64,000 bases of DNA from an uncultured Cellvibrionaceae bacterium (GTDB lineage Bacteria; Pseudomonadota; Gammaproteobacteria; Pseudomonadales; Cellvibrionaceae): assembly GCA_964515945.1 (NCBI GenBank), contig CAZEWY010000001.1, positions 100 through 64,099 of the forward strand, read 5' to 3'. A model generated the notes under the pieces. It saw only the letters and a list, made by a program, of their open reading frames with translations. It was not told the origin of the DNA and searched no databases. Numbering within the stretch: the first letter of the stretch is position 1; each line of letters opens with the position of its first letter. Position numbers and translations under genes: made by a program. Below, piece after piece: positions 9,105 through 19,143 of this stretch.

Positions 9105-11153
9105 TTGAGTCAGCCACCGTTCAACATAGTGACCGATTGGCCTCAGCAAATCGAAATCATTGAAAATGAATGGATAAAGCTGCCCGATGGTGAACGGCTG
9201 GCCGCGAGACTCTGGCTGCCAAAAGGTGCCGTCAACAATCCGGTCCCCGCCATCATCGAATATATCCCCTACCGCAAACGCGACCTCACCCGGGAGCGCG
9301 ACACCATCAACTACCCATACCTCGCGGCGCACGGTTATGCCTGTGTCAGAGTCGACCTGCGCGGCAGCGGCGATTCAGACGGCATTCTGCGCGACCAGTA
9401 TCTGGAACAGGAACAGGCGGACGGCGTGGCGGCCATTCAGTGGATCGCGGACCAGCCCTGGTGCAACGGGAAAGTCGGCATGCTCGGCATTTCCTGGGGT
9501 GGATTCAACGCATTGCAGATTGCCGCCCGTCAACCACCCGCGCTCAAGGCAATTATCGCCGCCTGTGCGACTGATGACCTCTATGCCGACAACATGCATT
9601 ACATGGGCGGCTGTCTGCTGGCGGACAACCTTTCCGAATCCACCGTCATGTTCGCCTTCAACAGCTGCCCGCCGGATCCTGAGATCGCCGGTCCCCGCTG
9701 GCGCGATATGTGGCTGCAACGGATGGAGGAAAGTGGTATATGGCTCGATATCTGGCTGAGACATCAACGCCGCAACGATTTCTGGAAAGCCGGTTCCGTC
9801 TGCGAAAGTTACAGCCGCATTCAGTGCCCGGTCTTTGCCATCAGTGGCTGGGCCGACGGTTATACCAACGCGGTGTTCCGTTTGCTGGAGCATTTGCAGG
9901 TCCCGCGCAAGGGACTGGTGGGGCCCTGGGGCCACAAGTATCCCCATTTGGGTATACCAGGCCCTGCCATCGGTTTTCTGCAAGAAGTGCGACGCTGGTT
10001 TGACCACTGGCTCAAAGGCGTGGACACGGGCATCATGGACGAACCCATGCTGCGCTGCTGGATGCAGGGCAGCGTTCCGCCAACTCCGCTGCACACCAGC
10101 CGATCCGGATACTGGGTCGCAGAGCCTTTCTGGCCAGCCGCCAACGTGGAATGGCAGACCTGGCCGGTGGAGCGTAATCGACTGCTGGCTCCGGGCAGCG
10201 TTTCCGGCGAAAACGGCAGCGAAGCCATCGCCAGCCTGCAGTCACCCCTGGTGCTCGGCTATTTTGCCGGGAAATGGTGTTCCTATGCCGCAGCACCAGA
10301 CCTGCCCGACGACCAGCGACAGGAGGACGGCGGTGCGCTGATCTTCGACAGCCCCGAACTGAACGAACCGATCGAGATACTGGGTGCCGCTGTTGTTGAG
10401 GTTTGTTTCGCCGTGGACCAGCCGGTGGCACAGATCGCCGCCAGGCTCTCGGACATTCAGCCAGATGGCAGCGCGACCCGGGTCACCTTCGGACTACTCA
10501 ACCTCACTCATCGCAACTCCAACGAGACGCCTGAATATCTGGAGCCTGGGCACTGGTACACGGCGCGCGTGCAGCTCAATAACATCGCCCAGATTTTCCC
10601 GCGAGGTCACCGCATTCGACTGGCCCTGTCCACCTCATACTGGCCCCTGGCATGGCCCTCGCCGAAGCCAGTTAAACTGGAGCTGGATCTGCGCAAATGC
10701 CATTTACAGTTACCGGTTCGGGATCCCCAGCCGGAGGACTGCGGGCTAAGGCTCTTCGATCCACCGGAAGGCGCGCCGCCGTTGGAGACCACGCTGATCC
10801 AACCCGGAAAGCACAACTGGTATGTGCATCGGGACCTTGCTGAAAGTCTGTCTGAGCTCGAGGTGATAAACGACCGAGGCACGCAGCTGATTCACGAAAC
10901 GGAAGCGGAAATCGAGAGTGCCACCTTTGAATGGTATCGCTCCCGGGACAATGACTATGGATCCGTCAGCGGTGAGACACGAACCGTCCGGGGTTTTAAG
11001 CGTGGCGATTGGCGGACCCGCGTACTTACCCGCACACGCCTGACCTCCGACGAGACCAATTTCTATCTGCAAGCCGAGCTGGATGCCTATGAAAGTAATA
11101 AACGTATTTTCTCCAAAAACTGGGACAAGATTATCCCCAGGGATCACCTTTAG
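9105..11153 (+). CDS. CocE/NonD family hydrolase (peptidase S15, X-Pro dipeptidyl-peptidase-like)
   Basis: 682 aa with IEYIPYRKRD, the nucleophile elbow GISWGG and a long C-terminal beta-sandwich region. The TTG start is preceded by AGAGGAG. Confidence 0.85.
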   Translation: MSQPPFNIVTDWPQQIEIIENEWIKLPDGERLAARLWLPKGAVNNPVPAIIEYIPYRKRDLTRERDTINYPYLAAHGYACVRVDLRGSGDSDGILRDQYLEQEQADGVAAIQWIADQPWCNGKVGMLGISWGGFNALQIAARQPPALKAIIAACATDDLYADNMHYMGGCLLADNLSESTVMFAFNSCPPDPEIAGPRWRDMWLQRMEESGIWLDIWLRHQRRNDFWKAGSVCESYSRIQCPVFAISGWADGYTNAVFRLLEHLQVPRKGLVGPWGHKYPHLGIPGPAIGFLQEVRRWFDHWLKGVDTGIMDEPMLRCWMQGSVPPTPLHTSRSGYWVAEPFWPAANVEWQTWPVERNRLLAPGSVSGENGSEAIASLQSPLVLGYFAGKWCSYAAAPDLPDDQRQEDGGALIFDSPELNEPIEILGAAVVEVCFAVDQPVAQIAARLSDIQPDGSATRVTFGLLNLTHRNSNETPEYLEPGHWYTARVQLNNIAQIFPRGHRIRLALSTSYWPLAWPSPKPVKLELDLRKCHLQLPVRDPQPEDCGLRLFDPPEGAPPLETTLIQPGKHNWYVHRDLAESLSELEVINDRGTQLIHETEAEIESATFEWYRSRDNDYGSVSGETRTVRGFKRGDWRTRVLTRTRLTSDETNFYLQAELDAYESNKRIFSKNWDKIIPRDHL

Positions 11154-11274
11154 GCGGAACGGGTCTCTCCTATACCAGGCATCAATGGGTCGACTCTCAG
11201 TGAATTTCACCCTCGCAAAGACTGTCTTCGGCGGCTTCATGTGATAAGATTGCGTGAATCTAAAATAATCACAA

Positions 11275-12645
11275 ATGGGTAAAATAATGAGTATGCAAAA
11301 CCCCAGCAAAAGCAGCTATGTCATCCCTATGGCAATCATAGGCTCCTTGTTTTTTATCTTCGGCTTCGTCACCTGGCTGAACGGCTCCCTGATTCCATTC
11401 CTGAAAATTGCTCTCGAGCTCACACAATTTCAGGCCCTGTTCGTCACCTTCGCTTTTTATATTTCCTACACCGTTATGGCTCTGCCCGCAGCTGCGGTAC
11501 TACAGCGAACCGGCTACAGAAAGGGCATGATGATTGGATTGCTGTTGATCGCCGTCGGCGCATTGGTATTCATACCCGCCGCCTACACTCGCGTGTTCGC
11601 GCTCTTCCTTACTGGACTGTTCATCATGGGCACCGGCCTGACCATTCTGCAAACAGCATCAAACCCCTATGTGGTACGCCTGGGGCCGAATGAAACCGCC
11701 GCCGTACGCATCAGCATTATGGGCCTGCTGAACAAAGGAGCGGGCATCGCTGGGCCGGTGGTTTTTACTGCCCTTATTCTCAGCGGTATGCACGAATTTT
11801 CCGAAGAAAGTATGGCCGCATTGAGCCAGGTCGCACAGCAGGATAAATTGAACGAGCTCGCCAGCCGACTGGTGGCGCCCTATATCGGTATGGCTGTGAT
11901 CCTGGTGCTTTTGGCGGCGGCGGTGATGTTCTCCCCGCTGCCCGATATTCAGGAAGAAGAAAGCAAACTCGAAGAAGCACTTGAAGAAAGAAATGGCCAC
12001 TGGGGCATCCTCAAATATCCCCAGGCGGTACTCGGTGCCATTGCACTGTTTTTCTACGTCGGCGTGGAAGTAATCGCTGGCGATACCATCGGACTCTACG
12101 GCAAGCATGTTGGCGTCGATCACTTCGGCTCGCTTACCTCCTACACCATGGCCTTTATGGTTGTGGGCTATATACTCGGCATGATTACCATTCCCCGGCT
12201 GATCAACCAGAGTCAGGCCTTGCTGCTGTCCGCCGTCTTCGGCGCCTTATTCTGTATCGGCATTCTGGTCAGCTCCAATGAAAGCCACCTCATCTCCGAA
12301 ATCCTGTTTGGCTGGGTGGGCATAGCCACCGTACCCAACAGTGTCATGTTCCTGGCTCTGGCCGGCCTTGCAAACGCACTGGTATGGCCTGCCATATGGC
12401 CCCTGGCCCTGACCGACCTCGGCAAGCACACCCCCTCCGGCGCAGCCCTGTTAATTATGGGCATCTCCGGCGGAGCCCTGTTGCCCTTGCTGTACGGCTA
12501 CCTGTCGGACACTTCAGGCGATGCACAAACAGCTTATTGGATAATGATTCCGTGTTATCTGTTTATACTTTTTTATGCGGTTAAGGGGCATAAGGTGCGG
12601 GCTTGGAGTGGCGCTAGTCAAGCCAATGATTCCACGACGCCTTGA
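11275..12645 (+). CDS. Sugar MFS transporter (FucP/GluP glucose-galactose subfamily)
   Basis: 12-TM profile. The N-terminus IIGSLFFIFGFVTWLNGSLIPFLK is characteristic of this subfamily. The exact start (11275/11287/11293) is uncertain. Confidence 0.85.
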   Translation: MGKIMSMQNPSKSSYVIPMAIIGSLFFIFGFVTWLNGSLIPFLKIALELTQFQALFVTFAFYISYTVMALPAAAVLQRTGYRKGMMIGLLLIAVGALVFIPAAYTRVFALFLTGLFIMGTGLTILQTASNPYVVRLGPNETAAVRISIMGLLNKGAGIAGPVVFTALILSGMHEFSEESMAALSQVAQQDKLNELASRLVAPYIGMAVILVLLAAAVMFSPLPDIQEEESKLEEALEERNGHWGILKYPQAVLGAIALFFYVGVEVIAGDTIGLYGKHVGVDHFGSLTSYTMAFMVVGYILGMITIPRLINQSQALLLSAVFGALFCIGILVSSNESHLISEILFGWVGIATVPNSVMFLALAGLANALVWPAIWPLALTDLGKHTPSGAALLIMGISGGALLPLLYGYLSDTSGDAQTAYWIMIPCYLFILFYAVKGHKVRAWSGASQANDSTTP

Positions 12646-12657
12646 TGTCTACCGGAA

Positions 12658-12682
12658 GCGGAATATCTCAAAAATATTCCGC
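12658..12682. terminator. Hairpin between convergent genes (possible bidirectional terminator)
   Basis: gcggaatat-ctcaaaa-atattccgc, a 9-bp perfect stem. The flanking U-tracts are weak. Confidence 0.4.
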
Positions 12683-12746
12683 GTTACATCGACCCATCTC
12701 GATATACCAAAAATAACAATACCATGACGTGCCTGGCGAACAAATT

Positions 12747-13448
12747 TTAGTCGAAGCTATAAAACAAGTTGGCCGTGAGGCGGCCCGCACGAGGATCAGA
12801 GCTGATACTGATATCTGAAACAACATTAGCCGAATGTAGTAAACAGCCCTTGTATATAGCCAGGCGGTTGAAACGCGCGGGGACAAAACCAATTTTTGTG
12901 TAGTAATCATCGGACTCGGAAAAGTAGCGCTTTTCGAGCTTGCGACTGTTAAGCTCCTTGTAACAATGGTCGAGATAATCCTCGCTCTGTTCGGGCACAA
13001 TCGATTCATACCCGGTGCTATTGTGACGGTAAAAAGCGGTACCCCCGTGCTCTTCTCCACAAAGGTAAAGAAGCGCAGCAAAGTAATATTGTCTTGATGT
13101 ATCGAAATGAGGAATAAGCTGGTACGGCCCCAGTTCCGACTCAGGCACCGTCATCATACACAAGGAAGACTGACAGGAAATCCGGGAGGCGCTTGGTGGT
13201 ATATCGTATTTCGCTTCAATAATTTCCTTAATTTTAATAATCAACGGCTCAATACTGCCAACCGGCAGGTCCGCCCTTATACCTGGGTATCCTTTCCGCT
13301 GACGAAGCCAAGGGGCCGGTGGAAAATTTATGCTCGCCGCATACTCTACCAGTTTAACGGGATCCGTTAAGACGTCATCAATGATGATAACTTTATTCTT
13401 CTCATCACCCAGACAAGTCGTTTTCACGGCCAAATTTTCACTTATCAT
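12747..13448 (-). CDS. Hypothetical protein, cupin/2OG-oxygenase-like (DUF6445-type) as found in TonB-receptor/halogenase loci
   Basis: 233-aa ORF in the AT-richer block directly downstream of the halogenase-like gene. The family assignment is from memory of similar loci and is only moderately supported. Confidence 0.6.
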   Translation of the reverse strand: MISENLAVKTTCLGDEKNKVIIIDDVLTDPVKLVEYAASINFPPAPWLRQRKGYPGIRADLPVGSIEPLIIKIKEIIEAKYDIPPSASRISCQSSLCMMTVPESELGPYQLIPHFDTSRQYYFAALLYLCGEEHGGTAFYRHNSTGYESIVPEQSEDYLDHCYKELNSRKLEKRYFSESDDYYTKIGFVPARFNRLAIYKGCLLHSANVVSDISISSDPRAGRLTANLFYSFD

Positions 13449-13513
13449 AGAACACCTTCTACTGCAGTATCAGCTACGAGCACCCGTAGCAACAAAACCG
13501 CTCAATGGTCGAC

Positions 13514-15037
13514 TTACTGTTTGCTCATCGCTTTCTTCAATTCAGTTAGCCACTCCCGATGTGAGAGCAAGGCCTCACACATTTGTAGTGATTTAATCTT
13601 AACATTGTCGACTAACCGCTGCGATTGCGCCGCTGTCGAAGCGCCAACTGCATTTGCTTGGGTGGGGTATTTCATTCCGTAGAGAATGTACTGATAGTTT
13701 TCAGGTCCAAATATATCAAAACGGCTAAAAAAATCGAACTTCTGGGGTGGCTGTAGCCTCCACATTGCCAAACGCTCTTTCAGTACATCAGATATGGCTG
13801 CCTCTTCGGTGTTAACTTGCCAAAACTCAGAATCCCGTCTATCTGACGCAAAATAGTGAAGCTGAACAAAGTCGATCACACGTTCCCAAGTATAGCTTAC
13901 CAACGTATTGCAGTGCGCAGAAAGGCGTTCCATATCATGGGTGAATCGCGGGAACTTTCTAGCGAGCAACTGCGCGGAGAAGTCCGTAACCAATATCGAG
14001 GTTGCCTCAAGGGGCTCGACGAATCCTTGCGCCAAGCCCAGAGCAGCACAGTTACTCTGCCAGAATGACCCACGATATCCAATTTTCATTGGCACCTTCC
14101 TGACATCTTCACCTTGAAGATTCTTGCCTACATAGCGTGAAAATTTTTCAACCGCTTTGTCTTCACTCATAAATTGCGAAGAGTAGACAAAGCCAAAGCC
14201 TTTGCGACTGGTGAGCGGTATCTCCCAAACCCACCCACTCTGATGGGCCGTCGACAGCGTATAGGGAGATAATTCTTCATTATCGGATAGCGCCTGACGG
14301 TACACCAATACCGTATCCGTCATGATTTGCGCAGATTTATCCACAAAGGGAACTTTTAGAGTTTTGTCTATAAGTAACGAAGCGAAGCCCGAGCAATCAA
14401 CATAGAAGTCAAACGCCTGCTCTGTGCCGCTGTTGTACACCAGGCTCTTGATGCTTCCATCGTTATTTTTTTCAACACGATTGACGGTTTCAAAAATATG
14501 TTTAACGCCGAATCTATCACAGGCATTTTTTGCCAATAATTCGGAAAATTTGGCCGCATTAAAATGATAAGCGTAATCCACCACCCCTTGATAAGGGGGT
14601 GAACTTTTTTGTTTTGGAGATTTTTTTAATTCCGCGATATTGTAAGATTCAGCTAATTCAGCGAACTCCATCGAGCCCCTGTTGTTCAACCAGTAATTGG
14701 TAAGATCATAACCCGAAGGATACGGTGGGTCGAAGGGATGGTAATAGAAGTTATTGCTGCCGTGAGTCTTTGCATCGAGCCAATTAGCAAATTTGACACC
14801 CTGTTTGAAGGTTACGTCGCATGATGCGATCAACTCCAGTTCTGAAATGCCAAATTTTTGTAACGTCGCTCTAATGTGGGGAACAGTTCCCTCACCAACG
14901 CCCATAACGGGCACATCTTTTGATTCGACAAGCGTGATTTCAATTTCGGGGTCTCCATTCAGCTCCACTCCCAGGTGATTGGCTGCCATCCACCCCGCTG
15001 TCCCGCCACCCACAATCGCAACTCGTTTAATTTTCAT
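13514..15037 (-). CDS. Tryptophan-halogenase-family FAD-dependent protein
   Basis: FAD motif VAIVGGGTAGWMAA and the flavin-halogenase WxWxIP motif GWVWEIPL, 507 aa. Confidence 0.85.
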   Translation of the reverse strand: MKIKRVAIVGGGTAGWMAANHLGVELNGDPEIEITLVESKDVPVMGVGEGTVPHIRATLQKFGISELELIASCDVTFKQGVKFANWLDAKTHGSNNFYYHPFDPPYPSGYDLTNYWLNNRGSMEFAELAESYNIAELKKSPKQKSSPPYQGVVDYAYHFNAAKFSELLAKNACDRFGVKHIFETVNRVEKNNDGSIKSLVYNSGTEQAFDFYVDCSGFASLLIDKTLKVPFVDKSAQIMTDTVLVYRQALSDNEELSPYTLSTAHQSGWVWEIPLTSRKGFGFVYSSQFMSEDKAVEKFSRYVGKNLQGEDVRKVPMKIGYRGSFWQSNCAALGLAQGFVEPLEATSILVTDFSAQLLARKFPRFTHDMERLSAHCNTLVSYTWERVIDFVQLHYFASDRRDSEFWQVNTEEAAISDVLKERLAMWRLQPPQKFDFFSRFDIFGPENYQYILYGMKYPTQANAVGASTAAQSQRLVDNVKIKSLQMCEALLSHREWLTELKKAMSKQ

Positions 15038-15085
15038 ACCAAACCTCGCACAAGCACTCGAGTCATTGAACAGAATGAGGGGGCA

Positions 15086-15115
15086 TAAAAAAGCCCAGCA
15101 TAAGCTGGGCTTTTT
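15086..15115 (-). terminator. Rho-independent terminator after the TonB-dependent receptor gene
   Basis: On the minus strand: aaaaagcccagc-ttat-gctgggctttttt. Confidence 0.6.
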
Positions 15116-15129
15116 CCTCTACTCAGCCA

Positions 15130-17850
15130 TTAGTACCTGAAGTTTACGCCCAACAAAAAGCTTGTCTCACCTTCAAACGACCAAGCCGGATAGCCTTCAA
15201 GCAATGGAATTTTTATGCCATCAGCCGCAGCAGATACATCAGCCGCACCGTATTGGACATCGTCCTCAGCAAGCAAATTGGTCGCTTCAAAAGTGACAGC
15301 AATACTATCTGTCGCATTCCAACCTAGGCTCAAGTCCAGTGAGCCAAAGTCATCGTGCATGCGGTTACCATAGTAGAAGGCACCTTCACGGACCATGTAC
15401 TTAGAGCGCCAATTATAAGCCGCACGAGCCGAGAAAGTGTCATTTTCCCAGTAACCGACTAGGTTAGCACTGTTTTCTGAAGACCCCGTAAACAACGGAA
15501 TTCCGTCAGGATAAGTATAGGCCGGGACTTCAGCATCTACGTAAGTATAATTAGCTACGACACCAAAGCCATTGTCGAACGCATGATTCAACTGCAACTC
15601 AATACCGGTGAGTTTAGCATCGTCAGCGTTTAGTTTCGTATCGATAACCCAGTTGTCACCGCCGTTAACGGTACCACCGTTAGGATCAACCACACCAATC
15701 GCCTGACCGGGATCACTAATATCGCTAGCGACAAAGTCATCGATTGACTTACGGAAGAGCGTCGCCGAAACCAGATTGCCATTACCATAGTAGTACTCTA
15801 GGCTGATATCCGCTTGGGTAGACTTCATCGGCAACAAACCTTCAGAACCCAGCTTATAGACCTGGTTGTTGGTGCGGTCATCGTTATAACCAGCGTAAGT
15901 GACAATCATATCGTCATAGTTGGGACGACTAATGGCTTGAGCGGCGGCGAAGCGCAATACGAAATCTTCATTCAAGTCGTACGTTACGTTAAGACTAGGC
16001 AACACGTCATCGTAGTCGGCTTCATGGTCCGTCAAGCTGTAGCTGAACCCATTGTTAGCGGCAACATCGCCAGATTGAAGAGCCGTGCCATCCAACTCGT
16101 ATTGGCTGCGGGTAACATCAGTAGCAATATAACGCAGGCCAAAGTTACCTCTATAGCGCTCACCTTCAAACGTGAACATACCGTAAAGGGCATTGTTCTT
16201 TTCATTAAGCATTGAATAACCGGAGCGGTGTTCGACCCATGCATCCAGGCTATCTTTGGTGGCCGCGATCATAGCATCCAGGTCAGGTTCAGGTGCAGTC
16301 CAGCCGTCCGGACCCACTTCGTAGGTACCGTTGTACAGCGACGCAGTGTCTACAGTAACGACGGTAGAGAGGCCGGTATCGTCGTCAATAAAATCACCTT
16401 TATAGACAGAATTCTCTACATCATGATCGGTTGTGCGGATACCGGCTTTAAAGGTGGTAATAACGCCCAAGTCCAGCTCAAACTCAACATCCAGCTGAGC
16501 ATAGGTTTCTTCATCGCTATTTGGCCCCTTGCCGACGGCCCATGATTGCGGGCTCGTAGTTGCCTGCAAATCATCAAGAGTCATGCTCGGGTCGTTAGTG
16601 GTGTGGATCTTAATCTGCTTGCCTGTAGCGTCGACAGTACCTGCCCACAATGACATTGGACTACCGGTGCTCGGGTAATACTGGAAGTTGGTGGTCATGT
16701 CGGTGCCACCTTCAGCCTCAGTCATACCAATACTACCGCTGATAGTGACGTTGTCCCCGACGTATTCACCACTCAGATCATAGGTGTCGGAACTCATTGA
16801 AGCAACACGGCCCCATGATTGAACAAAAGTCTCGGAGTCCGGAGCACCACTGGCCCAACCTTCAGCCAGATCACCGCGGATCGCCTCATCGACTACCTGG
16901 ACAACACAAGCGCCGGCAGCATTGGTTTGATCACAGTGGAATGTGCTGGCCAAAGATGGGAAAATATACATATTAGTGCCGATGTTATCGGCATTAAGCT
17001 CCAGCGACAGCACGTGCAGGTTAAAATTCAAGGCGTCAGTCGGCGCAAACTGTACATTGGCATCCAGCGCAGTGCGCTCGCGCTCCTGAACAAAGGTCGA
17101 AGGCTCAACATCACCTGACCACTGGTAATCAGACTCGACACCACGGCGTACATAATCTGAATCTTCCCAGGCACCCGCCACCAAAACGCCAAAGGTTTCG
17201 GAGTCGTTTTTCCAACTATATAGGCCAGAAAGTTCAGGAGACAGTTCATCACTAATGGTACCGGTGCGAGCTTTGACACCAGCAAACGCGGTATTGGCAT
17301 CCAGTTCTAGCGGCTTACGGGTTTTCACAATTACCGTACCACCAATACCACCTTCGTTAAGGTCGGCTTGGGATGCTTTATATACTTCAATTCCGCCAAC
17401 CAACTGTGAAGGCAGCAACGAATAGTTAAAGCTGCGGTCAATTGACTTCTGATCATACCATCCGGTAGAGGCAACGTTTTGACCGTTCAACTGGGTCAAG
17501 GTCATCTGTGGTGCAGCACCACGAATAGAAACCGAGGCACCCTGACCAAAGTCACGGCCTACGGTCACACCAGGAATACGGCCGAGAGACTCACCTACAT
17601 CGCTGTCGGGAAATTTACCGACATCTTCCGCTGAAATAGCATCAACAATCGAAGTCGCATCGCGTTTGATAGCCACAGCCTGTTCGAGTGAACCACGTAT
17701 ACCAGTTACCAAAACCTCCTCGGTTTGAAGACTATTTTCTTGCGCATGAGCTACACCAGCCATACCCGCCAGCGCCAGTGTGCTTACTGAGCCGTAGAGT
17801 AGAGCTGTTTTATTGATTGCACGAATTGCATTTTTTAAATTCGCAGACAT
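15130..17850 (-). CDS. TonB-dependent outer-membrane receptor
   Basis: 906 aa with signal peptide ...LALAGMAGVAHAQ, a plug region (EEVLVTGIRGS, DATSIVDAISAEDVGKFPD), a long beta-barrel and the terminal LLGVNFRY. Confidence 0.9.
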   Translation of the reverse strand: MSANLKNAIRAINKTALLYGSVSTLALAGMAGVAHAQENSLQTEEVLVTGIRGSLEQAVAIKRDATSIVDAISAEDVGKFPDSDVGESLGRIPGVTVGRDFGQGASVSIRGAAPQMTLTQLNGQNVASTGWYDQKSIDRSFNYSLLPSQLVGGIEVYKASQADLNEGGIGGTVIVKTRKPLELDANTAFAGVKARTGTISDELSPELSGLYSWKNDSETFGVLVAGAWEDSDYVRRGVESDYQWSGDVEPSTFVQERERTALDANVQFAPTDALNFNLHVLSLELNADNIGTNMYIFPSLASTFHCDQTNAAGACVVQVVDEAIRGDLAEGWASGAPDSETFVQSWGRVASMSSDTYDLSGEYVGDNVTISGSIGMTEAEGGTDMTTNFQYYPSTGSPMSLWAGTVDATGKQIKIHTTNDPSMTLDDLQATTSPQSWAVGKGPNSDEETYAQLDVEFELDLGVITTFKAGIRTTDHDVENSVYKGDFIDDDTGLSTVVTVDTASLYNGTYEVGPDGWTAPEPDLDAMIAATKDSLDAWVEHRSGYSMLNEKNNALYGMFTFEGERYRGNFGLRYIATDVTRSQYELDGTALQSGDVAANNGFSYSLTDHEADYDDVLPSLNVTYDLNEDFVLRFAAAQAISRPNYDDMIVTYAGYNDDRTNNQVYKLGSEGLLPMKSTQADISLEYYYGNGNLVSATLFRKSIDDFVASDISDPGQAIGVVDPNGGTVNGGDNWVIDTKLNADDAKLTGIELQLNHAFDNGFGVVANYTYVDAEVPAYTYPDGIPLFTGSSENSANLVGYWENDTFSARAAYNWRSKYMVREGAFYYGNRMHDDFGSLDLSLGWNATDSIAVTFEATNLLAEDDVQYGAADVSAAADGIKIPLLEGYPAWSFEGETSFLLGVNFRY

Positions 17851-17992
17851 GTGTTTCCCCTATTATTCTGACGATTATTTTTACGGATCATTTGTTGGCC
17901 AATACCCCGCTTGGCCTCCCAACACAACGACGGCTATGGCCTCGAGGCCAACAAACCTGCCAATGAACCCAGTGTTGCTATGGTTGGGCATG

Positions 17993-18021
17993 ACATTAAC
18001 GCTGATTGACAGCGTTGTCAA
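17993..18021 (-). promoter_or_regulatory. Putative sigma70 promoter for the TonB receptor, overlapped by a TTGACA-N4-TGTCAA palindrome
   Basis: On the minus strand: TTGACA-17 nt-TAATGT. The -35 is one arm of the inverted repeat ttgacagcgttgtcaa (18006-18021), a possible operator. Confidence 0.45.
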
Positions 18022-18072
18022 CACTTTGGCGGAGAGGATTCTTAAACTTCTTAAAGGGCTCCGGCGGCGACT

Positions 18073-19143
18073 TTATTCCGGATACCAGTTGCCGTCAGGC
18101 TGGCGGCGGATAAACATCTGCGAATACCAGTAGAAACGCCCAGCCTCGCCGGAAGGCGCGGTGCAATTGTAGCGACTACGCCCTGCCGGCAAGGCTTTCG
18201 GCGCTTGGGCGACGGCGCGATTTTCCCGCACCTCGACCGGAATGGATCCTTGGCCAGAAGCAAAACAAGTGATTCTCCGGGCAATGTCTTTAGAGCGTAA
18301 AGTGAGCGCTAACTTCGGGCGTGACACTTGCGCCGGCAACTCCGGTTCGTGCAAGGCCGTACCCACCTTGTCGTGCACCCGGACGGATTTCACCGGCATA
18401 GGCAGGGTGTTCACTTTGATAGTGAAACCCTTCAGATCACTATAAATGCCCCCAAACGGAAAACGCGGCAGGGCTTGCCTGTCACTATCCAGTGACAGGG
18501 GGCCCGAATGTTGGCCGAACGCGAGGTATCCCTTTTCGTCCAGCAATTTTTTCAATGCGGCATTGTATTCACCATAGGGATAAGCCAGGAGTTTGTGATG
18601 CTGCTGCAGTTGCTGATGAATAGTCTCTTCCGCGCGGCTTATTTCACCCCAAACACGCTGCTCCCATTCGGATGCGCTTTCTCCTTGGGCGCGTTGAATC
18701 AGGTGTGAATGGCTGACGGTATGGTTCGCAAAGATGACGCCCTGGGCAGACATTTCCCCCATCTGTTCCCAACTCATGAAGTGCGGGTTTCCTGCATCGT
18801 GGGGCCGGGTATTGATGAAGACCGCGAAGGGAAAGCCGTAACCTGCCAGGCGTGGGTAGGCCTCCTTGTAAACAGACAGATAACCGTCATCGAAGGTGAT
18901 AACCGCGGTCTTGTCCGGCAGAGGCTTGCCATGGCGTATCAGCTCGGCAAGTTTATCGAGGCCAATGACATCAAAGTCATGGCGATCCAGATACTGTAAA
19001 TGCTTTTCAAAGACTTCCGGCGAGGTGCTGGTACTTGCGGGTGTGTCATCACTTATGTGGTGATATTGCAGCACCACCAGAGCATGGGCGGAAAAAGAAA
19101 TGCCCAGAAATGCACAGCATAGGAATCCGAGCATGTGCTTCAT
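18073..19143 (-). CDS. Polysaccharide deacetylase (CE4/NodB-homology) family protein, secreted
   Basis: Signal peptide MKHMLGFLCCAFLGISFSAHA and NodB motifs VITFDDGY and ANHTVSHSHL. The start overlaps the metR stop (ATGA). Confidence 0.8.
   Translation of the reverse strand: MKHMLGFLCCAFLGISFSAHALVVLQYHHISDDTPASTSTSPEVFEKHLQYLDRHDFDVIGLDKLAELIRHGKPLPDKTAVITFDDGYLSVYKEAYPRLAGYGFPFAVFINTRPHDAGNPHFMSWEQMGEMSAQGVIFANHTVSHSHLIQRAQGESASEWEQRVWGEISRAEETIHQQLQQHHKLLAYPYGEYNAALKKLLDEKGYLAFGQHSGPLSLDSDRQALPRFPFGGIYSDLKGFTIKVNTLPMPVKSVRVHDKVGTALHEPELPAQVSRPKLALTLRSKDIARRITCFASGQGSIPVEVRENRAVAQAPKALPAGRSRYNCTAPSGEAGRFYWYSQMFIRRQPDGNWYPE

Noticed and set aside
8016-9332. 438-aa minus-strand ORF opposite the ATP-grasp and CocE/NonD genes
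   Set aside because: It is an antisense shadow ORF in GC-rich coding DNA. It has an Arg/Leu/Gly-rich, low-complexity translation with no motifs. It also spans an intergenic spacer, and the sense-strand proteins have clear family signatures.
12668-13081. 137-aa ORF overlapping the DUF6445-like gene in another frame
   Set aside because: It is fully nested within the longer 233-aa ORF on the same strand. It has no start context, and its composition is typical of an off-frame read in AT-rich DNA.
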